Below are positions 49,380 to 57,811 of a stretch of DNA of 64,000 nucleotides, one piece after another. The stretch comes from Nostoc sp. LPT. Its GTDB lineage: Bacteria; Cyanobacteriota; Cyanobacteriia; Cyanobacteriales; Nostocaceae. The notes beneath the pieces are model-generated. The model ran no database searches. It was not told where the DNA came from and worked only from the letters and a program-made list of their open reading frames with translations. A program made the position numbers and the translations under genes. Positions within the stretch are counted from its first letter, which is position 1, and each line of letters opens with the position of its first letter. The stretch spans positions 17,196 to 81,195 of the forward strand of contig NZ_JABXKF010000082.1 in the NCBI RefSeq assembly GCF_017115165.1. Reading direction: 5' to 3'.

Positions 49380-50816
49380 TCAATAATTCCCCCTTGTCTT
49401 CTCATCTCCCCTACTTCCCTGCTCCTCTGCTCTCCCCTCTTCCTCTAACCGTCGCAGTTGAATTTGATGTAGGCGTGGGCCAACAATCGATACCACGGTG
49501 AATTCGAGATTTTGATAACAAAAGGTTTCGCCTTTAGCAGGAATTTTTTGTAACTCATACAGTAAAAAGCCCCCTAGTGTTTGGTATTCTCTGGTCAGGG
49601 GCAAATTGAGATGCAGAACTTCGTTAAGGTCTTCAAGGTTGATTTGTGCTTGCACCAAAAATTTTTGCTCATCTAACATCTGAATCAGTAAGTCTTCACT
49701 GCTTTCAGGTTCGCTGGGGTCGCCAATAATTTCCGCAATCACATCTTTGATTGTCACTAGTCCCACAGTAGAGCCAAATTCATTCACTACCATGACCATA
49801 GCGGGTTTCTCTTGCTGCATCATGGGCAAAAGTTCACTCAAGGGCGTGTGTTCTGGAACAAACCGAGCCGGACGCATCCAAGGTTGGATCTGTGTTTCTA
49901 AACTGAGCTTTCCTATAGCCAAAGGTTGTGCCAAATCTTTAAAATAAACAATACCGCGAACATCGTCCAAAGATTCACCAATCACGGGATAGCGAGAGTA
50001 ACCAGTAGAAGCCATTTCCCTGAGTAATGTCTGGAAGGTCGCATCTTTTGGTAGTGTGATAATACTGGTGCGGGGGATCATCACATCTTGGGCCATCACA
50101 TCCCCAAACTCGAAGACATTATTGAGTAATTCCCGCTCTGCACGCTGTAAACCAGTAGACCCCCATTCTGTAGAGATGATCAGTTGCAATTCTTCGGGAG
50201 TTACAGGCGGTCGCCAGCCTTGACCTGTGTATTGGATGCCAAAAATCCGTAATAAAAAACGAGTTGATTGGTTAAGAATCCAGATGAAGGGGCCAAAAAA
50301 ACGCACGATCGCTTTTACCGGAGGCCCCAAAAACCTTGCTAGCTGTTCTGAGTACAGCATGGCTAAGGATTTGGGACATAGTTCTCCGATCACAATTTGC
50401 AAATAGGCAATCAAGAAAAAGGCGATAGGAATTGATAGGGAATGGGCGAGGAAGGTAGTCATACCACTAGGTAAAGGCCAGGATCTTAACCAGGCATTAA
50501 CCAGCACGACAATCGTACTTTCGCCAATCCATCCTAGTGCCAAACTAGAGAGGGTAATGCCTAACTGGGTGGTAGATAGCAGTCGATCAATACTGCGTTG
50601 TAACATTTCTACAGCGATCGCTGGAATATCCCCAGCCTTAACTAGCTGGTGAATACGCGATCGCCGCACGCTCACCATCGAAAACTCCGCCGTTACAAAA
50701 AAGGCATTTATGGCAATCAGTAGTAACACTGACAATAACCGCAGTGCCACTTCTATCAAACTTAAATTAGGAAAACCACTCACCGCCAAAGCTCGTGTAA
50801 AACTCACGTCCTCCAT
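49380..50816 (-). CDS. hemolysin-family (CNNM/DUF21, CBS pair, CorC_HlyC) membrane protein
   Basis: 478 aa. N-terminal DUF21 helices (INAFFVTAEFSMVSVRRSRI), CBS pair (DVMIPRTSI..., VVNEFGSTVGLVTIKDV) and a CorC C-terminal domain. The tail is encoded by C-rich repeat DNA. Confidence 0.9.
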   Translation of the reverse strand: MEDVSFTRALAVSGFPNLSLIEVALRLLSVLLLIAINAFFVTAEFSMVSVRRSRIHQLVKAGDIPAIAVEMLQRSIDRLLSTTQLGITLSSLALGWIGESTIVVLVNAWLRSWPLPSGMTTFLAHSLSIPIAFFLIAYLQIVIGELCPKSLAMLYSEQLARFLGPPVKAIVRFFGPFIWILNQSTRFLLRIFGIQYTGQGWRPPVTPEELQLIISTEWGSTGLQRAERELLNNVFEFGDVMAQDVMIPRTSIITLPKDATFQTLLREMASTGYSRYPVIGESLDDVRGIVYFKDLAQPLAIGKLSLETQIQPWMRPARFVPEHTPLSELLPMMQQEKPAMVMVVNEFGSTVGLVTIKDVIAEIIGDPSEPESSEDLLIQMLDEQKFLVQAQINLEDLNEVLHLNLPLTREYQTLGGFLLYELQKIPAKGETFCYQNLEFTVVSIVGPRLHQIQLRRLEEEGRAEEQGSRGDEKTRGNY

Positions 50817-50863
50817 TTAGGGGGATTGGGGAATAGGGAATAGTAAAAAATAAAAGATAATCA

Positions 50864-50898
50864 CCAATGCCCAATGCCCAATGCCCAATGCCCAATGT
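50864..50898. repeat. tandem heptamer array CCAATGC x5
   Basis: Direct reading: ccaatgcccaatgcccaatgcccaatgcccaatgt. Confidence 0.9.
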
Positions 50899-50903
50899 CC
50901 TTT

Positions 50904-51605
50904 TTACCTTTCTACAGGAATATTCGATGCCTCTAGCTTCAATTGTTGAGCGGGATAATCAGTCAGAGCAAGTGATATTTTCTTGACATCATCAAGTAAA
51001 GCTGTAGGAATGCTCACTGTACCTGAAAATGCTGGCCCATTTACAGGCAATTCTGTTGGTAAACCCTCTGTACTTGCACTCAGGGTTCGTCCTTTGTCAT
51101 CGGTAACATCTAAAAAACTATACAAGAAGCGCACAGAATCCTTACCTTTGTTCTGCATTTTCACTTTCAGTAGTAAATCACCGCCAGAGTAGCGAGCAGA
51201 TTGCACAGTCATTGTTACACCCTGACTTTGGGCTGTAACCGGAAAACCTGGTAGGGGCTTTTCTTCAACTACTTCTGGGGGTTTTTCCTCTGGCTTCTGC
51301 TTGCTGCTATTGGTTTCTTCATCATCTTCTTCTGGCTTTTCCGATTTAGCGGCTTTGGTCTTACCCTCAATTCGCGCCTTGACAATTTTTAGAATTTCTT
51401 CCTCTTTTAATAGTACCAGCCCTCCCTGTTGAGAGTTATTTGCCTTATTGCTGGCAAATTTGGTTGTGGGACGTCCATCTGGTGTAGTCACGCCTTTAAG
51501 TGCTGAACTCCCCAGTTCAAAGCCCAAAAAAGCGCTCACAGAACCTGCTCCCATCATCAGAATTAACAAAATCAAAGTAAGAAGTACAGTAGAATTTATT
51601 TTCAT
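50904..51605 (-). CDS. hypothetical membrane-anchored/secreted protein
   Basis: 233 aa. N-terminal hydrophobic segment, K/E-rich linker and a beta-rich C-terminal domain (VTMTVQSARYSGGDLLLKVKMQNKGKDSVRF). Confidence 0.6.
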   Translation of the reverse strand: MKINSTVLLTLILLILMMGAGSVSAFLGFELGSSALKGVTTPDGRPTTKFASNKANNSQQGGLVLLKEEEILKIVKARIEGKTKAAKSEKPEEDDEETNSSKQKPEEKPPEVVEEKPLPGFPVTAQSQGVTMTVQSARYSGGDLLLKVKMQNKGKDSVRFLYSFLDVTDDKGRTLSASTEGLPTELPVNGPAFSGTVSIPTALLDDVKKISLALTDYPAQQLKLEASNIPVER

Positions 51606-51900
51606 CGCTGAAAAGCTATCACAAAGAATGCTGGTCTATTTAAGAATAGTGAAGCTTTTGACCTCAATCCTTAAAGGAACTCAATCAATATTAGTTTGCA
51701 CTATATCTATGATTAAATTATGTAGTATAAAAATCTAGTAAACTATTGTCCAGTATTCACACGTGGTAAATTTGTGCTATATTCATGGAATTGGCTAAAC
51801 TTAGTGCGTGAGGTATTTTTCTCACTTTCAAATTAGCAAATGAGGTTGACTTAAAAGTTGAAGTAATTAACTTGTAGCAACCTACAACCTTATAAAACAA

Positions 51901-51973
51901 GCGCCTTTGGCCGATTGGGGAGGCAACGAACTCATAATTCGTCTTCAGGCTGGTTCGATTCCAGCAGGGCGCA
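51901..51973 (+). tRNA. tRNA with CAU anticodon (Met or lysidine-modified Ile2)
   Basis: Hand fold: acceptor gcgcctt/agggcgc, U8, D arm gccg-attgggg-aggc, anticodon arm acgaa-ctCATaa-ttcgt, T arm gctgg-ttcgatt-ccagc, discriminator a, no encoded CCA. The 6-nt variable region is atypical. Confidence 0.6.
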
Positions 51974-52082
51974 CTGAATCATCAAAAACTACTAATAGAA
52001 GGGTATTGGGATTAGGGGAGAGGTGACAGGTAATAGGAATAATCTGTACCCTATTCCCTTGTTGACTCCCCACTCCCGAATC

Positions 52083-52514
52083 TTACCGAGATGGTAAAGT
52101 TTCAAACCTGAATTCAGTTCCTACTTTAAGTTTGTTGCTATAAAGAGGAGACACGAGCAGCGATGTGTCATAAGGATTTGGTAAATCAGGAGTACGAATA
52201 TAAGGATCGTTGCCAACTTGCTGAGTCAGGACATCATGATATAAAGTATTAACCAACTCGGCATCGCGGGCAATTTCATTTTCTGGGAAGGAACCACCGA
52301 AACCAGAACCAGATCCGAGAAATGAGTCTAGCTGACGCTTGAGGCTGCCATTTTCGTAGAAATTGCGATCGTGACGAAAATAAGCTCGTTCAAATACATC
52401 ATTCGTAGTTTCAGTATTGGGTGTTGCCGTTTGGGCAGATGCAACAGAGGGAAAAGCAATACTAGCAGCAAGTAGTACCAATAAACCGCCAAAGGTTTTA
52501 AATTTTATACGCAC
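52083..52514 (-). CDS. secreted hypothetical protein
   Basis: 143 aa. Sec signal peptide MRIKFKTFGGLLVLLAASIAFPSVASA/Q. No family recognised. Confidence 0.6.
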   Translation of the reverse strand: MRIKFKTFGGLLVLLAASIAFPSVASAQTATPNTETTNDVFERAYFRHDRNFYENGSLKRQLDSFLGSGSGFGGSFPENEIARDAELVNTLYHDVLTQQVGNDPYIRTPDLPNPYDTSLLVSPLYSNKLKVGTEFRFETLPSR

Positions 52515-52620
52515 GTTTCTGACTCCTCAACTTTTGCTTTGGGCAAATCTTAATTTATGCTGAAGTTCAGAACTCTGATGAGTTCAACCTTTGGTGTAGC
52601 ACAACTTTTAATGTTTTGTA

Positions 52621-53241
52621 ATGACGTATCCTACTGAAACTCTTACCCACTCAGATATTTGGGCAACCACTTCTGATTTGACCACTTTGCGCCACAAACT
52701 ACTAGATTTATTTTGCCAACTTGCTTATCAAGAGGGTGATTTTCTCCTCTCTTCTGGGCTGCGTAGTTCTTATTACGTGAATAAAACACAGGTAACACTT
52801 CATCCTCAAGGCGCTTTGGCAGTTGGACGGTTACTATTTCCTTTATTACCTGTAGATACACAGGCTGTAGGTGGTTTAACAATGGGGGCTGACCCGATTG
52901 TGACAGCAGTGAGTATAGTTTCAGTTTATGAAAACCGCCCAATACCAGCGTTGATTATTCGCAAGGAAGCCAAAGGTTATGGAACAAAAGCTTATATAGA
53001 AGGCCCCAGTTTACCAGAGGGCGCAAAAGTAGTAGTTTTGGAAGATGTAGTAACAACTGGGCAATCTGCTCTAAAAGCAGTTGAACGTCTTAAAGATGCA
53101 GGTTATACCGTAAATCAAGTAATTTCACTGGTAGACAGAGAGCAAGGGGGAGGTGAGTTGTACCAGTCAGCTGGGTTGAAGTTTGAAACTTTGTTTTCGA
53201 TTTGGGAAGTTCAAGAACGCTACCGACAACTTGCGAAATAA
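52621..53241 (+). CDS. pyrE: orotate phosphoribosyltransferase
   Basis: 206 aa. FLLSSGLRSSYYV, PRPP-binding motif VVVLEDVVTTGQS, SLVDREQGG. Confidence 0.95.
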   Translation: MTYPTETLTHSDIWATTSDLTTLRHKLLDLFCQLAYQEGDFLLSSGLRSSYYVNKTQVTLHPQGALAVGRLLFPLLPVDTQAVGGLTMGADPIVTAVSIVSVYENRPIPALIIRKEAKGYGTKAYIEGPSLPEGAKVVVLEDVVTTGQSALKAVERLKDAGYTVNQVISLVDREQGGGELYQSAGLKFETLFSIWEVQERYRQLAK

Positions 53242-53260
53242 ATCATAAGTGTCGCTTGCC

Positions 53261-53425
53261 TAGCCTTTTCAAGGTGACTGGTAGAATCTCTTTTTTCTCT
53301 CTACGCTCTCTGTGCCTCTGCGGTTGAAGAGTAGTTTTTATAACCACAGAAGCGCAGAGAACACAGAGGTAAGAGGTTAAAGAGAAATTTATTGTTCAAA
53401 ATTGTTATCCACCTTGAAAGGGCTA
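53261..53425. repeat. MITE-like element with 16-bp terminal inverted repeats
   Basis: tagccttttcaaggtg(53261-53276)/caccttgaaagggcta(53410-53425), 15/16 complementary. Internal hairpin ctctgtgcctctgcggtt...aaccacagaagcgcagag. Flanked by gtgtcgcttgcc and gtgtcggctgcc (10/12 direct repeat). Confidence 0.6.
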
Positions 53426-53735
53426 GTGTCGGCTGCCAAATTGTTTGACAATTTGACAGATTTTTGTGTTGGAAAATATTACTCTTAAAGCCCTAATGGG
53501 TAAGAGTTTTATTATTTTAGGCTCAAAATAGCTTAGTACAAACTCATTGCCCAAATAGCTGTTCTCTGCATAAATATTTTTTTGTCTCACACAAAGACGC
53601 AAAGAAGAATGCAAAAATAACGACTTTTACAAGAAGTCTATTGTGATTTGATGATGGTGTAAACATTCAGAAGGTCATGATAAAATTTTTCAGATATGCA
53701 GAGCAACTGACGATAATTCATTTTTTTGTATATTT

Positions 53736-54902
53736 TTAGAGAAGTTGATGAATTTCATTTACTGCACTGACGATCACAGAAGACGCTTTTTCGATTTCTT
53801 CTTTAGTTGTAAATTTCCCAAGACCAATTCTTAACGCTCCCTCAATTATGTTTTCCCCAAGATTCATAGCTTGCAGAACGTGAGATGGCGCGACAATACC
53901 TGATGAACAAGCCGCACCTGTAGAAATAGCTAATTGATGGCGAACTCTTGCAATAATGGCACTATTAGGGATGTCAGGGATAGAAATATGTAAGTTACCT
54001 GATAAACGGTTGTTTAAATCTCCATTCACCAGTAAATTAGGAATTTCAGCTTGAAGTAAGCTTTGCAGTTGATCTCGCAAAAGTGCGATCGCTGTTTCAT
54101 CTACTTCCATTTCTAATCGTCTCAATTGACAAGCTTCCCGCAAGCCAGCTATTCCGGGGACATTGAGTGTACCGGATCTGAGTCCCTCTTGATGTCCGCC
54201 ACCGTAAATAAGTGGTTCAAGATAATCACCTTTTTTTACTACTAAAGCACCAACGCCTTTGGGTGCATAAAGTTTATGTCCAGAAATAGCTAGATAGGTA
54301 ATACTCCATTCTTGAAAGTTGATGGGAATTTTGCCGACTGCTTGGGAAGCATCACATAAGAAAGGGATATTATATTTTTGAGCGATCGCTCCAATTTTTT
54401 GTACTGGGTAAATTGTCCCTACTTCATTATTAGCAGCCATCACACAGAGTAAGGAAGCACCGGAAGCACCGCCAGAGCAGACTTTTTCTAGATGTTCTAA
54501 ATCAATTTGGGCTTGTTGATTGACATTTAACCAAATAATTTTTGCAAGTCTTTTTTTGGCTAATGCTTGACAGGTATCTAAAACTGCTTTATGTTCAACT
54601 GGGGAAACAATTATTGTGGCGGGAGTATTTTGTTGATTAATATGTCCTTGAATTGCTAAGTTAATGCTTTCTGTTGCACCAGATGTAAAGATAATTTCCT
54701 TGGGAGAAGTATTGATTAATTCTGCTATTTTTTGACGGGCTTGTTTAACTGCTTGTGCGGCTTGATTGCCATAACCATGATCTACACTATTAGCATTATC
54801 AAAAGCAGTAGTCATATAGTACATGACTTTTTCTGCTACTCTAGAGTCAACGGGAGTAGTTGAATGGTAATCAAGGTAAATTATATTTTCTTGTGTAGTC
54901 AT
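53736..54902 (-). CDS. cysteine desulfurase (class V aminotransferase, short NifS/IscS/DndA-like form)
   Basis: 388 aa. YLDYHSTTP, FTSGATESINLAI, PLP lysine SGHKLYAPKGVGAL, RSGTLNVPGI, catalytic Cys loop STGAACSSG. The ATG is 6 nt after the GHKL ATPase stop. Confidence 0.9.
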   Translation of the reverse strand: MTTQENIIYLDYHSTTPVDSRVAEKVMYYMTTAFDNANSVDHGYGNQAAQAVKQARQKIAELINTSPKEIIFTSGATESINLAIQGHINQQNTPATIIVSPVEHKAVLDTCQALAKKRLAKIIWLNVNQQAQIDLEHLEKVCSGGASGASLLCVMAANNEVGTIYPVQKIGAIAQKYNIPFLCDASQAVGKIPINFQEWSITYLAISGHKLYAPKGVGALVVKKGDYLEPLIYGGGHQEGLRSGTLNVPGIAGLREACQLRRLEMEVDETAIALLRDQLQSLLQAEIPNLLVNGDLNNRLSGNLHISIPDIPNSAIIARVRHQLAISTGAACSSGIVAPSHVLQAMNLGENIIEGALRIGLGKFTTKEEIEKASSVIVSAVNEIHQLL

Positions 54903-54908
54903 TCTATT

Positions 54909-56735
54909 TCATAACTCATTCTCTAAAAATCTTCTGGCAACTCTCCCCCAATCAATGCGATTATCTTGAGCATTTTCTTTGCGTTTACCATCTGGTTGTT
55001 CATCCTCATACCTTGCCCATGCCATTAGTAGTAGCTTCAATCCATCTAAGGAGTTAATCAACCGAGAACGTAAAGTATCTATATCAGCTTTATCCACGTC
55101 CTCCTCTAAGATTTCTACTAAATTTTGAGAAGCGGGATGATTGGTATTCAAAGTAACAATAATTGCTCCTCCTCTGGGTTTAACGGAGAAGAAAGCAGGA
55201 ATATCAAGAGGAGCTTCAACAAAGGTATATTTTAAGCCATCATCTACTGTAGTTGCTGCTAATAGTTCGGCTTTGGTTTCAGTCACGCCTTCTTCTTTTA
55301 AAGTTTCTTTAATGACCTGTTTTTGTTCTTCTTTTGGCAATTCTTCATCTTCATCACTTTTACTTTTATGACCCTGTAATTTACGTTCTTGCGTAACAGT
55401 AGTAGCTACTTTTTCAGGTTTATAAGGGTCATGGCGTTTTTCAGTGGTACGAGTGCCTTTAGTCTGTGCTTGCAGTAAACGACGAATAACACTCAATTGA
55501 GTCTTGATTTTATGGGCTATATCTAAAAGAGGAGCTTTTGGGTCTTCATCTTCTTGGAGTTCTTCTTTGAGTTGAGTAATAGTTTTTCCATTTTCTAATA
55601 AAGACTCAATCTCAAATTCTAGAAGTTCAGCAAAATTCCGAGCTGATTGTTTATTATTAGTTACTCCAAAAATATCATCAAGAAAGGGTGGAAATTCTAC
55701 TTCTACTCCCCACCATCTTTCTCTTGAATCATAAGCAATCACTACTCCTGTATCCATATCTAATTCTCGTCCAGCACGAACTACAGAAACACCAACATTT
55801 TTAGCAGCGTGTTTTCCATGAGGTAAATCACCAGGATTTTTTCCTGGTTCGGCTTGGCGGGCTTCTTCTTTGGCGTAAGAGAAACGCACTTTTACATCAT
55901 GTTCTTTCTCTTTAAAATTAATTTTATAAGTTGCTTCATAAGATGTATCACCTTCCCAAGGTCGGAACATTGCCTGATTATCAAATGATGTAGGGCAGGA
56001 AGTCTTTTCTATTAGATAACCTGGATCGTTGGGGAGGGCATATTTTTCTACAATCAGGTTATATAAAGCATCTAAATCAAATGCTACCATGCGGATTTTT
56101 ACTTGACCGCTATTCAGAAATTGGCGATACATTCTCCCAATCACAAATTCAGAATTATCAATAATCGCTTTTCCGGTTCGCCAAATACAACGATCTATTT
56201 TTGACCAGACTACTAATGTGCCACTTTCACCAAATTTTTGACCGATTTTTGTCCAAATCATCGGAATTGGTTTAGCAGTAGGTTCAGGTACTTCGGTCAT
56301 CCGACGATTTTTGATCTCATCTAAGTCAAGGTAAGTGTGGAGTGCATTTTCTATGCCATTTTGCCATGACCACACATCTAACCGTTGGCATTGGGAAATG
56401 GAAGAAGATGGTAAACCCATGCCAAAACGTCCAATTCCGGTATGTTTATCTTCATCTATGTACGTACCATTGCCAAATTGCAGTGCTAGACGTAAAACAT
56501 TAGCATCCATACCACGACCATTATCTAACACTGCTATTTGTTCAATACGCGATCGCTTCCTCCCCTCCACCTGTTGTTTTCGTTCACCACACAGTAACTC
56601 TACTTGCGATGCACCGGCTTGAATGGCATTATCCATTAATTCGGCGATCGCATAAGCGGCGTTTTTATAACCGTTATCGCGCATTGCTTGCACTGCTAGG
56701 TGAGTTGGCACGATATCATGGGCGTTAGCATTCAT
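54909..56735 (-). CDS. MORC-like GHKL (HATPase_c_3-type) ATPase
   Basis: The ORF-track start at 56762 is trimmed to the ATG at 56735 (MNANAHD), which overlaps the helicase TGA (ATGA). Bergerat-fold motifs AIAELMDNAIQAG, VLDNGRGMD, GIGRFGMGLPSSS. Second half has VSVVRAGRELD, RWWGVEVEF, FGVTNNKQ. Confidence 0.85.
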   Translation of the reverse strand: MNANAHDIVPTHLAVQAMRDNGYKNAAYAIAELMDNAIQAGASQVELLCGERKQQVEGRKRSRIEQIAVLDNGRGMDANVLRLALQFGNGTYIDEDKHTGIGRFGMGLPSSSISQCQRLDVWSWQNGIENALHTYLDLDEIKNRRMTEVPEPTAKPIPMIWTKIGQKFGESGTLVVWSKIDRCIWRTGKAIIDNSEFVIGRMYRQFLNSGQVKIRMVAFDLDALYNLIVEKYALPNDPGYLIEKTSCPTSFDNQAMFRPWEGDTSYEATYKINFKEKEHDVKVRFSYAKEEARQAEPGKNPGDLPHGKHAAKNVGVSVVRAGRELDMDTGVVIAYDSRERWWGVEVEFPPFLDDIFGVTNNKQSARNFAELLEFEIESLLENGKTITQLKEELQEDEDPKAPLLDIAHKIKTQLSVIRRLLQAQTKGTRTTEKRHDPYKPEKVATTVTQERKLQGHKSKSDEDEELPKEEQKQVIKETLKEEGVTETKAELLAATTVDDGLKYTFVEAPLDIPAFFSVKPRGGAIIVTLNTNHPASQNLVEILEEDVDKADIDTLRSRLINSLDGLKLLLMAWARYEDEQPDGKRKENAQDNRIDWGRVARRFLENEL

Positions 56736-57787
56736 GGGTTTTTCCTCCAAACGTCTTCCCAATTGTGAAAAGCTGATGCTACTGAACCAAAACCGGGGAG
56801 TTGGCTATCCACAACCGTGACAATTTCGGCGGTAGCATTACCCCCAGCTTTGAGTCCGCGAATGGCGCGTCCTACCATTTGGCTGTAGAGGACAAGGGAT
56901 TTAGTGGGACGGGCGATAACGGCGGCGCTGGTTTTGGGTGCATCGAATCCAGTGGTTAAAACGCCGTAGTTACATAAAATCTTGGTTTGGGGCTGTTCGT
57001 CTTTAAAACTTTGAATCAGCCTTTCTCTCTCTGATTTGGGGGTATCACCTGTAGCAGCATCAGCATTAAATCCTCTGAAACGCAATATTGAAGCAATGAG
57101 TCTAGCGTGTTCAACGGAGGTATTAAAAACGATAATCCGTTGATGATGTTGGGCTAGTGCTTCTAGTTCTAGGATGATGCGGAGGTTGCGTTGTTCGTCT
57201 GCTGCTAACCGATTGAGGATATATTGGGGGATGTCTAATTCTGTATTAATCCGATTTAGGTCTTGGGGAGTTAGTTCAATACCCGTTTCATAAAATAAAG
57301 AGCGATAGTTAACTTTAGCGAGGTATTGTTGATCGACGAGATAATCAATCGGGTTGTGATAACCTGGGATTTCTAAAGTAACTTTCTGTTGGGCGAAGAA
57401 TTTTGCTAGTTGTGCATCGGTGTTAATATCAGCCCAAGTCCTTCCCGGTGTAGCGGTTAAACCTAATAAGGCGGTTTTTTCGTAGGGGATGACTAAAGCA
57501 TCTAAGACGAGTTTATAGGTTTCGGCAACTGCTTGATGGGCTTCATCGATAATTACCAATGAACAACGCACACCTAGTTGATTAATAAAGCGAATACTCT
57601 TTTTAGCGGCGTGATAGACTTTCGCTAATCCTGCTACTACTAAGCCATCTTGAGCTTGTGCTAAGTCTAACTCATGGCTACCCCAGAAGCGATAGGTTGA
57701 AATGGTGCGATCGCCTAAACTGTCCCAGGCTTTTTGAAATTCTGTAACTGCTTGTTCACAAAGTTCTTCACTGATATGCCAACCAAA
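56732..57787 (-). pseudogene. SF2 (DEAH/ResIII-type) helicase lacking its N-terminal Walker A region
   Basis: Motif II VIIDEAH, III LGLTATPGR, V/VI VLTTGFDAP and QMVGRAIRG are present. The frame is open only back to the stop at 57788-57790. That is 25 nt from the upstream gene's stop, with no ATG and no GxGKT. Only a GTG at 57571 is available as a start. Confidence 0.7.
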
Positions 57788-57811
57788 TTACTAAAGTGGG
57801 TTCACTGTTTC

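Noticed and set aside
53423-53614. 63-aa minus-strand ORF downstream of the cysteine desulfurase gene
   Set aside because: It is AT-rich, has no RBS or family features, and partly overlaps the MITE terminus.
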